The notes: generated from the letters alone by a model not told the origin. A stretch of 29,331 nt of DNA from Candidatus Firestoneibacteriota bacterium (GCA_038042445.1 JBBTED010000159.1:1-29331), one strand, 5' to 3'; shown: positions 5,154 through 15,327, counted from the stretch's first letter. A program made the numbers and translations.

Positions 5154-8018
5154 CTACTTAATAAGACGTTTGTAGTATTCGTTTAGTAGTTCTTGGTAGG
5201 CTTTGGGGAATTTTTCTTTGAGTGCTTCTATAATGTCTTCTCTGAAACTTTTGGGGGGTTGGTATTCATCACGTGATGGAACTTTTACATAACCTTCTGA
5301 AACTCCCATATCTCCACTCTCTGACATTCCTTTTTGTCCTGGTTTTAAAAATCTAACTTGTGGCTTGCCTGCTCCTGACATTCCTTCACTTTCAATGCCC
5401 TGCATTAATGAATTAAATGCTTCCTTGCTATTAGAAAGATGTTGCAAGGCTTCTGCTTCTTTTGAAAGCGCACTTCCTGTATCAGCGGATTTAAGATTCA
5501 AAGAGGCATTATCCATAGAATCGCCGGCAATCTTCAAATTACTTTTTATATCTTCTACATTTTTGCCAAGTTCTGGATTTGCCAAAGAAAGTTTTTTGCC
5601 AAAATCTTTTACCTTGTCCAACAATTTATCTGTTTTGGATTTAGTTTCTTTTTGATCTGCTGAAAGTTTATTCAATGCTGATTCTTCTTTAGTTCTATAT
5701 TTTTCTTTTAACTCAGTATCTGCTTTTTTAATCTCATTTAAAATATCTATTTCCCTTAATTTTAATTCTTCTGATTGGGCAGTTGCATATAAAAGTGATT
5801 CTATTTTTTTATCAATTTTGTTTTTCTGGGTACTTAAAATTTCTATTTGCTTCTGCACATTTACATCTTCAGATTTATTTTTTGCTAATTCAGTGATTTT
5901 TTTTGACAATTCATTTTGCACTGGCTTATCTCTTTCACCAACACTTTTAGTAATATTCTCCATATTCTCCAAAGAACGAATTGCATTATTAACATACGTC
6001 AATAAATTTCTAAGCTGGCCTATTTGCAGCTCTGCTAATGCAAATGACATATTATTCAAAGCATCATTTCCATTATTCATAAACTGCGGAAAGACTTCAG
6101 GATAATTAAGTTCTATTGGTGCTTTTGATACAAGATTTTTAGTGTCATTTAATATTTTCTGTTGTAAATCAGCAAGTTTTTTTAGCAATTTTTCCTGCTC
6201 TGAAATTAGAGATTCTGTACGGTCTTTATCTTTCTCACCTGTTTTTTCAAATAATGCTTGTTCTTCTTTAATTATGTCCTCAAGTTCTTTTGAGCTTGAA
6301 TTTGCCTCTAAAGACAAACCTCTGTCCTGAAAAAATTTAGCGCGATTCCCTGCTTTTGCCATCATTTCCATTAATGAAGAAAGTTTTTCAGACAAAGCTT
6401 TGGCTAAAGCCAATGCTTTATCGTAATCACCGGAATTCAGACTTTCTTCTAATTCACGTAAAAATTCATTCATCTTCCCAAAATCCATATTTTTTACACT
6501 TTTAGAATCAAAGTATTCCTGTGGAAAAGCCTTTGAAAGCTCAGCAATACTATTTTGCAAGTTCTCCATTAATTGTGCTATACGTTCAATATCGCCTCTG
6601 AGTTTTTTTGTTTTCTCTTCATCCCATTTGCCGGACATTTTCTCTAAATCACTTAAGAAATCCTGTGTTCTTTTGTAGAGACGTTCACTATTTTTTATCA
6701 TATCTTCCAATTTTTCATCGTCTATATCTTGAGTTAAAGCTTCTATCTCTTTATTTACATCATACACCTGTATTTTAATAACATTTGACACGCCTTTATT
6801 AGGTCCAGTAATAACATCATTATCTGTAGCCTCCAAATAAATTTCAATTGCATCTGAAAATTGCAATGCAAGATTAGATAAATCCCATTCTGTTTCAAGA
6901 ATTTCATTTTTAAAAGGATTATTCCTGTTGCATATATTTAATCTGCTTATTTCTTTAGATTTTTTACATACTAAATCAACAGATTTAACTCCAAAATCAT
7001 CACTTGCTTCATAAATTATTTTTATTTTTGATTTTGGCAAAACCACTAAATCCTGTTCAGGTGACAAAATTTTGATTTGTGGATTTTCATCCTTAAGTGC
7101 ATAAACATAATTCACAAATGAACTCTTTGTTGTAATTTTCTTATAATCTTCAGCTTCAATACAATACTCAGCATCTTTTCTAATTTTAAACCATCCTTCA
7201 AGAGTTTTCTCGTCATTTACATTCATTTCAACTGGAACATCTTTTATATGAGAAAGTTTTTCATTGGCATTAAACTTAAGCATTAGAAATGCTTTTTCAA
7301 TTGGTTTATTTGCTTTTGCAGTTATACAAACATTGCTTCCAATAAGAGCTTCTACATTTCCACCATCTTTTCCATTGTAAGGAGCTAATTTTGTATATTT
7401 AGGTGGAAAAATTTTAACAGACACATCTCCAATTTCAGGCATAATTACCTTTACTGCTAAATTTTGTTCAGAATAATTTTTCAAAGGATGTCTTAATTGC
7501 AAAATTGCTTTACTAAAATCTTGTGTGCATATAAAAGCAAAAACAATAATACCAAAAGCAAGCACAGCAGAATATAATAATTTTATCTTAACAGACTTTA
7601 TTGGAAATATTTCTTTTAAATTTATTAACTCGATTTTTTGGGATATATTTTGAATAAAACTATGCGCTAAATCTTCAGATACATTTTGGAATGTATTTTT
7701 ATTAATTTCTCTTTCTATTTGTAGTGCATTTATTAAATCGTCTTTTAGATACTTATTCTTAGCCTGAATTTCAAGTGCCAAATCATCATCTGAAAAACCT
7801 GACAATTCTAAATTAAAGTTGCCTGCAAAAGAAAACAGTAGAATAAAAATATTTATTATTATTGTCCATATTGCAGGTATCCCTATTTGCACACCAATTA
7901 CAAAAAATGAAAAGAATAAAAAAGAAAATAAACAAATATTAGCTAAAAAATCTAATAGTAGTACATAAATTTTTCTTGTTTTTGTATGCTTTATAAATTC
8001 TGCTATTTTGCTGTGCAT
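5154..8018 (-). CDS. DUF4175-like membrane-anchored coiled-coil protein (954 aa)
   Basis: N-terminal TM helices, PPKYT, DENPQIKI...YEASDDFGV...ATDND beta domain, a long coiled coil and C-terminal PKAYQELLNEYYKRL. Confidence 0.75.
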   Translation of the reverse strand: MHSKIAEFIKHTKTRKIYVLLLDFLANICLFSFLFFSFFVIGVQIGIPAIWTIIINIFILLFSFAGNFNLELSGFSDDDLALEIQAKNKYLKDDLINALQIEREINKNTFQNVSEDLAHSFIQNISQKIELINLKEIFPIKSVKIKLLYSAVLAFGIIVFAFICTQDFSKAILQLRHPLKNYSEQNLAVKVIMPEIGDVSVKIFPPKYTKLAPYNGKDGGNVEALIGSNVCITAKANKPIEKAFLMLKFNANEKLSHIKDVPVEMNVNDEKTLEGWFKIRKDAEYCIEAEDYKKITTKSSFVNYVYALKDENPQIKILSPEQDLVVLPKSKIKIIYEASDDFGVKSVDLVCKKSKEISRLNICNRNNPFKNEILETEWDLSNLALQFSDAIEIYLEATDNDVITGPNKGVSNVIKIQVYDVNKEIEALTQDIDDEKLEDMIKNSERLYKRTQDFLSDLEKMSGKWDEEKTKKLRGDIERIAQLMENLQNSIAELSKAFPQEYFDSKSVKNMDFGKMNEFLRELEESLNSGDYDKALALAKALSEKLSSLMEMMAKAGNRAKFFQDRGLSLEANSSSKELEDIIKEEQALFEKTGEKDKDRTESLISEQEKLLKKLADLQQKILNDTKNLVSKAPIELNYPEVFPQFMNNGNDALNNMSFALAELQIGQLRNLLTYVNNAIRSLENMENITKSVGERDKPVQNELSKKITELAKNKSEDVNVQKQIEILSTQKNKIDKKIESLLYATAQSEELKLREIDILNEIKKADTELKEKYRTKEESALNKLSADQKETKSKTDKLLDKVKDFGKKLSLANPELGKNVEDIKSNLKIAGDSMDNASLNLKSADTGSALSKEAEALQHLSNSKEAFNSLMQGIESEGMSGAGKPQVRFLKPGQKGMSESGDMGVSEGYVKVPSRDEYQPPKSFREDIIEALKEKFPKAYQELLNEYYKRLIK

Positions 8019-8050
8019 ATTTTTGCAATTCGTCTCGCCTAAGCAGGAAG

Positions 8051-8200
8051 AAACTCGTAAAAGCTCACTAAATACCGTTCCGTTTCGTTGTCATTCCCAA
8101 CTCGATTGGGAATCCAGTGTCTTACTTTTAAAACAACTCTGGATTCCCGATTACTACATTCGGGAATGACACGTGTTTCAGTAAGGATTTACGGAAACTC
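8051..8200. repeat. Composite REP/MITE-like element with two inverted GTCATTCCC-N-GGGAATCCAG units (family B)
   Basis: gtcattcccaactcgattgggaatccag (8090-8117) and ctggattcccgattactacattcgggaatgac (8139-8170), inside imperfect outer arms cgtaaaagctcact / agtaaggatttacg. Confidence 0.75.
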
Positions 8201-8202
8201 TA

Positions 8203-8240
8203 AACTCCCCTCTATCCCCTCTTTAGCAAAGAGGGGAGTT
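8203..8240. repeat. REP-like palindrome family A; may also terminate uvrC
   Basis: aactcccctctatcccctctttagcaaagaggggagtt. Confidence 0.75.
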
Positions 8241-8254
8241 ATTTTTCTTAAAAA

Positions 8255-9688
8255 TTATATTTTTGCAAGTACTTGGCTTGCTTTAGCCCTGTTTATTTTC
8301 AAAAGCTTAGCTATTTTATCCATATTTGTGTTGCGAATACCATCAATAGTTTTAAAATTTTTCAGAAGTATTTCTTTCCTCTTTTTGCCTATACCAGAAA
8401 TGTCGTCCAGCACAGATACTTTAAATGTCTTCCTTAATAGTTTTCTATGATAATTTATTGCAAATCTGTGCGACTCATCACGTATATGCTGTAAAAGGTG
8501 TAAACATACAGAATCATTTGGCAACTTAAAAGGTCTCTCCCTATCTTTTGTATAAATTTCTTCTTTTTGTTTTGCCAAACCTATAATAGGCAAGTTTTTT
8601 ATATTGAGTTCTTCTAATACTTTAAGTGCTGCATTTAATTGGCCTTTTCCACCATCAACTAAGATTAAATCCGGATAATCTTTTTGCTCCACCAAACGAA
8701 TATATCTTCGCTTTACCACTTCGCTAAGCATAGCACAATCATCCTGTCCAGAAACGTTTTTTATTTTGAAACGCCTATATTCAGCTTTTGAAGGTTCTCC
8801 ATTTTGAAATACAACTAAGGAACCAACTGCTTCTTTACCTGTAAAATTTGATATATCATACGCTTCTATTTTCTCTGGCAGTTTTTCCAGATTTAATATT
8901 TGTTTTAATTCCAGTAATGCTTTTCTTGAAAGTTGTTTTTTTCTCTCGTCTTTTGCAAAATTTGAAAGTTGCAATTTATGACTACTTTGTTCAATTAATA
9001 ATTTGACTAATTCTGCTTTATCTCTATATTCTGAAGCTTCTTCAAATTGCAAATTGTCGCTTGCTTTTTTCATTTTTATCTCTAAATTTTTAAGCAATTT
9101 TTGTTGTTTCCCATTTAAAAAATCCAAAGCATCTTGGACATATTTAAAATACTGCTCTTTAGTCACTTTCCCAACACAAGGAGCACAGCAAAGACTTAGT
9201 TGTTCTTTTAAACAAGGCCGTGATATTTTACAAGGAATTGCCAAAGAACAATCCCTTATAGGACTATGCCTTTGCACTAATTTTAACATCTTGCGAATTC
9301 CACCTGCTACATAAGGACCAAAATATCTGGCATTATCTGAAAATATTTGCCGTGTAACTAAAATTTTCGGAAATTCCTCATTTAATGTTATCTTAATAAA
9401 TGGATATGTCTTATCATCTTTCCACATCACATTATATTTTGGCTTATGTTTTTTAATAAGACTGCTTTCTAATAATAAAGCATCGAGTTCTGTTTTGGTA
9501 GTTATATAATCAATTTTAAAAACATTGGTAAGCATTGCAGAAGTTTTTGAAGATGTAACAGTTGTATGAAAATATGAACTAATTCTGTTTTTTAATGAAG
9601 TGGCTTTTCCCACATAAATAATATTGTCATCTTTATCTTTCATCAAATACACACCAGGAGAATCCGGAAAAACAGAAACATCTATCAT
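8255..9688 (-). CDS. uvrC: Excinuclease ABC subunit C
   Basis: GIY-YIG (PGVYLMKD...IIYVGKA), Cys cluster, UVR domain, EAYDISN, DLILVDGGKGQ, RDESHRFA and a C-terminal HhH. Confidence 0.97.
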   Translation of the reverse strand: MIDVSVFPDSPGVYLMKDKDDNIIYVGKATSLKNRISSYFHTTVTSSKTSAMLTNVFKIDYITTKTELDALLLESSLIKKHKPKYNVMWKDDKTYPFIKITLNEEFPKILVTRQIFSDNARYFGPYVAGGIRKMLKLVQRHSPIRDCSLAIPCKISRPCLKEQLSLCCAPCVGKVTKEQYFKYVQDALDFLNGKQQKLLKNLEIKMKKASDNLQFEEASEYRDKAELVKLLIEQSSHKLQLSNFAKDERKKQLSRKALLELKQILNLEKLPEKIEAYDISNFTGKEAVGSLVVFQNGEPSKAEYRRFKIKNVSGQDDCAMLSEVVKRRYIRLVEQKDYPDLILVDGGKGQLNAALKVLEELNIKNLPIIGLAKQKEEIYTKDRERPFKLPNDSVCLHLLQHIRDESHRFAINYHRKLLRKTFKVSVLDDISGIGKKRKEILLKNFKTIDGIRNTNMDKIAKLLKINRAKASQVLAKI

Positions 9689-9707
9689 TTTTATTCACTT
9701 CCAGAAA

Positions 9708-11273
9708 TTACACCTGATATACTTTTATAATACCTTTTATATTTGAAATTTTCTCAATTGCAGATACAGATAATTGATTATCTAAAGTTATAGCCATAAT
9801 TGCCTTACCACCTATTTTTTCCCTACCTACCTGCATTTCCCCAATATTTATTTTTTCTTCTGCCAAAATATCTGCAACATGGGCAACCATTCCCGGTTTA
9901 TCCTGATGGAATGTAAGTAAAATTGTTTTCGCAGGCTTAATATCAAGATGATAACCATCTATATTTACTATTCTTAAATCATTTTTGCCAAATACTGTAC
10001 CTGAGACTAAAATTTTGCCATTTTCTGTCATAACAGAAGTTGTTATTAAATTTGAATATAGCTGACAAACTTTATTTTTAGTTTCTAAAATATTAATCCC
10101 GCGTTCTCGTGCTAACAAAGGAGCATTCACAAGTGTTATTTCTTCATCAGAAGCATTCTCAAGCAATTCTTTTAAAAATCCTGCAGTAACTAATTCCACT
10201 TCACAAGAAGCAACTTCACCCAAATATGCAATTTCAACATTTTTTATGTATCCTACAAGTAAACGTGACTGCATTTTCCCAAGTTCTCCTGCAAGTGATA
10301 TGTAAGGCCTAATTTCAGGCATTGATTTGACATAAGGAAAATTTACAGCACTTGTAACAGCCTCACCTTTAAAAACTGATATTATTGCTGTCGCAATTTC
10401 CAAAGCAACATTCTTCTGCGCTTCTTTTGTAGACGCTCCTATATGACAAGTAGCAATAACATTTTCAAGTGTTAAAAGTGGAGAAGTAGAAGGTGGTTCT
10501 TTTTCAAAAACATCCAAAGCAGCACCTGCTAATCTACCCAATTTAAGTGCGGTATACAAAGCGGATTCATCTACTAAACCTCCCCTTGCACAATTTATAA
10601 GAAATGCATCTTTTTTCATACTCTCTATTTCATTTTTTCCTAATATATGATGATTGCTTTTAGTTAAGGTAGCATGAATTGTAATTATATCAGAATTTTT
10701 TACAACTTCCGAAAGAGACATTAATTGGACACCAAGTTTTTGGGCGTATTCTCTTGATACAAATGGATCTGAAGCTATCACATTCATATCAATTCTTTGG
10801 CAAATTCTTGCCACTTCAGAACCAATTCTACCAAGACCAATTACACCAACAGTTTTTCCCCTAATTTCCATCCCGATAAATTTATTTTTCTTCCACTCTC
10901 CATTTCTAACAGCACTATTTGCAAATGGAATTTTCCGTACAAGTGCCATCATCATAGCAATTGTATGCTCAGCAGTTGTTCCAACTGTAGAATTAGGCGC
11001 ATTTACCACTAACACACCTTTTCTTGTAGCAGCTGGGACATCAACATTATCTACTCCAATTCCAGCTCTGCCTATAACTTTTAGTTTTTTTCCAGCTTCT
11101 ATAATTTTTTTAGTTACTTTTGTCTGACTTCGTACTATCAATGCATCATAATCTGGTATTTTAGTTACCAATTCTTCTTCTGTTTGCTCAAGACAAATAT
11201 CCACAGTATGTGCATTTTTCTTTAATAAATCTATCCCCTCTTTTTCTATACTATCCGCTATTAAAATTTTCAT
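9708..11273 (-). CDS. serA: D-3-phosphoglycerate dehydrogenase (with ASB and ACT domains)
   Basis: GRAGIGVDNVD, GLGRIG, INCARGG, ALDVFEKEPP, HIGAST and ACT HQDKPGMV. Confidence 0.96.
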   Translation of the reverse strand: MKILIADSIEKEGIDLLKKNAHTVDICLEQTEEELVTKIPDYDALIVRSQTKVTKKIIEAGKKLKVIGRAGIGVDNVDVPAATRKGVLVVNAPNSTVGTTAEHTIAMMMALVRKIPFANSAVRNGEWKKNKFIGMEIRGKTVGVIGLGRIGSEVARICQRIDMNVIASDPFVSREYAQKLGVQLMSLSEVVKNSDIITIHATLTKSNHHILGKNEIESMKKDAFLINCARGGLVDESALYTALKLGRLAGAALDVFEKEPPSTSPLLTLENVIATCHIGASTKEAQKNVALEIATAIISVFKGEAVTSAVNFPYVKSMPEIRPYISLAGELGKMQSRLLVGYIKNVEIAYLGEVASCEVELVTAGFLKELLENASDEEITLVNAPLLARERGINILETKNKVCQLYSNLITTSVMTENGKILVSGTVFGKNDLRIVNIDGYHLDIKPAKTILLTFHQDKPGMVAHVADILAEEKINIGEMQVGREKIGGKAIMAITLDNQLSVSAIEKISNIKGIIKVYQV

Positions 11274-11300
11274 TTTTATTCTCCTGTCCTACCTCTTTTG

Positions 11301-11322
11301 ACAGGCGAGACGCCCGTCCTAC
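11301..11322 (-). repeat. GTAG-type REP (family C)
   Basis: Minus strand GTAGgacgggcgtctcgcctgt: GTAG followed by a short GC hairpin. Confidence 0.7.
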
Positions 11323-11705
11323 TATTGACCACCTGTTGTAAATGCTGTGTATTCATCTGAATTCAATAATAAACTAACTTCTGTTGGATTTTCCAATTTT
11401 GCTTTTACTAACCAACCTTTACCATAAGGATCTTTAGTTATAATTTCTGGAGATTTAACCACCTCTTCATTAATTTCTAAAACAGTTCCTGTAACTGGTG
11501 AAAAAAGTTCAAATACTGCCTTTGTTGATTCAAACTCACCAAAACTTTTATCAAATGTAATTTTATCTTCTTTTACAGGAAGTCTTATAAATATTATCTC
11601 TCCAACTTGAACTATTGCAAAATCTGTTAAACCTATAATTGCATTGCTTCCTTCTATTTTAATCCATTTATGAGATTTAGTATATTTTAATTCTTTAGGA
11701 CACAT
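11322..11705 (-). CDS. gcvH: Glycine cleavage H protein-like lipoyl carrier
   Basis: LKYTKSHKW, GLTDFA, FESTKA (lipoyl Lys), SPVTG and DPYGKGWL. Confidence 0.88.
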   Translation of the reverse strand: MCPKELKYTKSHKWIKIEGSNAIIGLTDFAIVQVGEIIFIRLPVKEDKITFDKSFGEFESTKAVFELFSPVTGTVLEINEEVVKSPEIITKDPYGKGWLVKAKLENPTEVSLLLNSDEYTAFTTGGQ

Positions 11706-11723
11706 AAACTTACCTTTTAAATT

Positions 11724-11758
11724 AAAACAGAGGGCACAAATTTTGCACCCTCTGTTTT
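11724..11758. terminator. Rho-independent terminator downstream of the cytochrome c gene
   Basis: aaaacagaggg-N13-ccctctgtttt hairpin with A/T tails. Confidence 0.7.
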
Positions 11759-11790
11759 CTTACATAAGAGTTTTACATCATATATTTATT

Positions 11791-12387
11791 TTATTTAACA
11801 ACATGTATTCCCTTTTTGCTATATTCTTCAAAGTTGAATTTTGGGCTTTGTTTTTCATTATGACAGGATCTACACAATTTTTCACCTGGTTTGCCATTTA
11901 TCATTTTCTTTTTATCGTCTTTTTTTGCAGACATATGTAAACTACCAGGACCATGACATCCTTCGCAAGTAACATTTTTTAAGTTATCAGCATTTTCAGG
12001 ATAACCACCAGTCAAATTATATCCTGTAACATGGCATACAATACACTCTGCATTTTTATCTGATTGTTTGTCTGCTAATGCCTTAAATGCTGATGCATGT
12101 TTTGTTTCAACCCATGATTTATATACTGGAGAATGACACATCATGCATTTTTTTACACCTAAATATTTTGCCTGCGCTGTGGCATCTACATCAGTTTGAG
12201 CTGATGCAAAAGATTTGTTTGTAGCATACTCTTTACCTGCATCAGAAAGTTCTACACTGCCAGCAGGAGAAATATGACATTTAGCACAGGAAAGTTTTTC
12301 TTTGCGGGTATAATCCGGAACTGCAAATACTATAGTTGTAGAAAAAATTATAATTAGTGTAAAGAAAAATATATTGATTTTTTTCAT
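11791..12387 (-). CDS. Exported pentaheme cytochrome c (c554-like domain plus an N-terminal monoheme module)
   Basis: Signal peptide and five CxxCH (CAKCH, CMMCH, CIVCH, CEGCH, CRSCH). YLGxxxCxxCH...WxxTKH...VTCEGCHGPGSLH is the c554 pattern. AGGAGGTG RBS. Confidence 0.9.
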   Translation of the reverse strand: MKKINIFFFTLIIIFSTTIVFAVPDYTRKEKLSCAKCHISPAGSVELSDAGKEYATNKSFASAQTDVDATAQAKYLGVKKCMMCHSPVYKSWVETKHASAFKALADKQSDKNAECIVCHVTGYNLTGGYPENADNLKNVTCEGCHGPGSLHMSAKKDDKKKMINGKPGEKLCRSCHNEKQSPKFNFEEYSKKGIHVVK

Positions 12388-12400
12388 CAATTCACCTCCT

Positions 12401-13327
12401 TTATTTATCCCTGATTATTGCATAATGCGCTAATTCTGTCAAACTATGTTTAGCCGAAGAATCTTTGAAGTTTTCTATCTCATTAACAGATTCCAATGCA
12501 TATCTTTGCGCAATTTTTAAAGAATAATTAAATGCCTTATATTTCTGAGCTATTTCTTTTATAATTTTTTCTCCGGGATTATTTCCATTAGATTCAAAAA
12601 ACTGTTCTATAATTTTTTTGTCTTTATAAGTTGCCACCTGCCATACATATATTAAAGGAAGTGTCATACCATCTGATGTAAAATCAAGTATGTCATCTCT
12701 TATCTGAAATGCCATACCTAAATTCATACCGTAATTTGACATTTTTTTAACTTCTAATTGAGAAGCTCCTGCTAATATTGCACCTATTTCACAACATGCA
12801 GAAAACAAAACTGCTGTTTTTTCTTTTATTATTTCCATATAAAATTCTTCGGATATATCAGATTTAAATCGAGTTGCTGATTCTTTTATCTCACCTACAC
12901 ACATTTTATAAATAGTATTTGCAAGTATTACGGATATTTTTTTATTGCCAAGCCTTGCAACTATCTCACTTGCTTTCGCATATATATAATCTCCAAAAAG
13001 AACTGCTATTTGATTTCCCCATAAATAGTTAATTGTCTTTTTGCCACGTCTGACTTTCTCTTTATCAATTATATCATCATGAACTAAAGCAGCATCATGC
13101 ACAAGCTCACAGGCAACAGCGAAATCAATACTTGACTTGCTTGTTTTTTCAAATATCGTAGAAGAAAGCAAAACAAGTGCAGGTCTCATCATTTTCCCTT
13201 TTCCGGAGCTAAGTGGAAAAGTTATCTTTTTTATTATCTGGTCTTTGGAAAAAAGAGTTTGTTGCAAAAGTTTTTCAACTTTTTCTAAATCATTCTTAAC
13301 TGGTTTATAAATATTTTCTAAACTCAT
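12401..13327 (-). CDS. Long-chain trans-polyprenyl diphosphate synthase (IspB/HepT-like)
   Basis: GKMMRP, FARM HDDIID...RRG, KTA and SARM FQIRDDILD, with small residues before the FARM. Alternative start at 13360. Confidence 0.9.
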   Translation of the reverse strand: MSLENIYKPVKNDLEKVEKLLQQTLFSKDQIIKKITFPLSSGKGKMMRPALVLLSSTIFEKTSKSSIDFAVACELVHDAALVHDDIIDKEKVRRGKKTINYLWGNQIAVLFGDYIYAKASEIVARLGNKKISVILANTIYKMCVGEIKESATRFKSDISEEFYMEIIKEKTAVLFSACCEIGAILAGASQLEVKKMSNYGMNLGMAFQIRDDILDFTSDGMTLPLIYVWQVATYKDKKIIEQFFESNGNNPGEKIIKEIAQKYKAFNYSLKIAQRYALESVNEIENFKDSSAKHSLTELAHYAIIRDK

Positions 13328-14648
13328 AATTTTTTCCCTTATGGTTGATATTTTTTCCACCAGACCATAAGCTTTTTAATGCCTTTTTGTTTGCTGTAAC
13401 TGTTTTTTCTATATCGTCCCATGTATGCGAAAATGTGAGAAAATTTGCTTCAAACTGAGATGGAGGCATATAAATTTTCTCGTTTAACATACTATGAAAA
13501 TATCTTCTATAAAATTTAGCATCTACCTTATTTGCACTTTCAAAATCAAAAATATCAAGATTTGTAAAAAATACAGTAAACATAGAACCTATTTGGTTTA
13601 TTGTAATATCAATGCCAGATTTGCGTGCATTTTCTTTTAATGCAGTACACAATATTTTTGTTTTATTATTAATTGATTTATATTCGTCTTTTTCCAATAG
13701 AATCTCTAAGGTTTTTAAACCCGCAGTTACAGCAATAGGATTACCTGATAAAGTTCCTGCCTGATATACAGAACCAATAGGACTCAAGTTTTGCATTATT
13801 TCTTTTCTTCCACCATAAGCAGCAAGAGGAAAACCACCGCCAATTATTTTTCCAAGACAGGTTATATCCGGCTTTATACCATACAACCCCTGAATACCAT
13901 TTTTTGCAATTCTAAACCCGGATATAATTTCATCAAATATTAAAATTATTTTGTATTGCTTACAAAGTTTTTCCACTTCTTTCAAGAATCCTTCTTTAGG
14001 TAAAACTACACCCATATTACCACAAACAGGTTCAATTATTAAACACGCTATTTCACTATGATATTTTTTTATTGTATCTTTTAAAATATCTATATTGTTA
14101 TAAGGCAACACAATTGTATGTTTTGTAAAATCAGCCAATACGCCTTCACTATTGGGCTTGCCAAAAGTCATAGCACCTGAACCTGCAGATACTAATAAAT
14201 AATCCACATGACCATGATAACACCCTGCAAATTTAATAACTTTACTTTTAGAAGTATATCCACGCGCCAATCTTATTGCACTCATTACAGCTTCTGTGCC
14301 AGAGCTAACAAGTCTAACCATTTCAATTGATGTAAACACTTTGCATATCAATTTAGCAAGCTTTGTCTCTAAAATGGTCGGTGCTCCAAAACTTGAGCCA
14401 TTTTTCAGGTTCTTTTTAACTTCAGAAACCACTTTAGGATATGCATGCCCCAAAATTATAGCGCCCCAGGAACATACATAATCTATATATTTATTACTAT
14501 CTACATCATATATTTTTGACCCAGATGCTTTAGCAATAAACTTAGGACTCCCGCCAACAGATTTAAAAGCACGAACAGGACTATTCACCCCCCCAACCAA
14601 ATATCTGCATGCTTCCTTATATAGATTTGCCGACTTAAGTTTTTTCAT
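13305..14648 (-). CDS. hemL: Glutamate-1-semialdehyde 2,1-aminomutase
   Basis: GGVNSPVRAF, SGTEAVMSAIRLARG, GCYHGH, GKIIGGG and YQAGTLSGNP. Confidence 0.97.
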   Translation of the reverse strand: MKKLKSANLYKEACRYLVGGVNSPVRAFKSVGGSPKFIAKASGSKIYDVDSNKYIDYVCSWGAIILGHAYPKVVSEVKKNLKNGSSFGAPTILETKLAKLICKVFTSIEMVRLVSSGTEAVMSAIRLARGYTSKSKVIKFAGCYHGHVDYLLVSAGSGAMTFGKPNSEGVLADFTKHTIVLPYNNIDILKDTIKKYHSEIACLIIEPVCGNMGVVLPKEGFLKEVEKLCKQYKIILIFDEIISGFRIAKNGIQGLYGIKPDITCLGKIIGGGFPLAAYGGRKEIMQNLSPIGSVYQAGTLSGNPIAVTAGLKTLEILLEKDEYKSINNKTKILCTALKENARKSGIDITINQIGSMFTVFFTNLDIFDFESANKVDAKFYRRYFHSMLNEKIYMPPSQFEANFLTFSHTWDDIEKTVTANKKALKSLWSGGKNINHKGKNYEFRKYL

Positions 14649-14838
14649 TTTAGTTTTATATCATTATAATTCAATAAATAAATTTTGCAACATAAATATG
14701 GATAGAAAGCAAACCAGAAAAAGGCAGCAAATTTATATTTACTATTTCAAACAACTACAAATGTTCTGATTGCCCAGAGAGCAGAATATTTTAATGATTT
14801 AGACCTAATATTTCTTGTAGTATCCCAAAAATTCTCTA

Positions 14839-15297
14839 TTAGAAAAAATATCTGCCACCAATTGCTCCCGACAAAAACAACCCGCTGCTCGGATTAAATC
14901 TTAATGTTGGAGATAGTTCAAAAAATATATCGAAATTATTATTTTTGAATATATAACACATTCCAATAGTTCCTCTGATACCAAAGTTCGTACTAACATT
15001 ATTGGCGGTATTTATAATTCCTCCAAAACCGTAATAAAGGGGCAATCTTCCTTCATCTACTTTAATTACATTGAAATTATGCCATAAATAATCAAGATGT
15101 ACTCTCGTGAAAGGTCCAAAACCTATCCCCATGCTAAGCGCGTTAATATCTGTTGTCCATATTTTTGCTGTTACTCCAGAATAATCTCCAAGCTCCAAAC
15201 CAAGACCAAAATTTCTGCCTCCCATCTGCTCTTGTCCAAACACATTCATTTGAAACACGCATACTAAAACCGTTGCAAACAATAATACTTTTTTCAT
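14839..15297 (-). CDS. Small outer-membrane beta-barrel-like protein (DUF3996-like)
   Basis: Signal peptide, FGLGLELG..SGVTAKIW, amphipathic strands and C-terminal GGRYFF. GGAGG RBS before ATG 15297. Confidence 0.7.
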   Translation of the reverse strand: MKKVLLFATVLVCVFQMNVFGQEQMGGRNFGLGLELGDYSGVTAKIWTTDINALSMGIGFGPFTRVHLDYLWHNFNVIKVDEGRLPLYYGFGGIINTANNVSTNFGIRGTIGMCYIFKNNNFDIFFELSPTLRFNPSSGLFLSGAIGGRYFF

Positions 15298-15327
15298 ATT
15301 ACCTCCTTGAAATTCAAATTTCAAATC

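Noticed and set aside
8088..8450. 120-aa plus-strand ORF
   Set aside because: Made of translated REP palindromes plus the antisense of the uvrC 3' end.
13305..13360. Possible frameshift or fusion between hemL and the polyprenyl synthase
   Set aside because: Both genes are complete. Using ATG 13327 leaves a modest 23-nt overlap explained by a short HemL tail.
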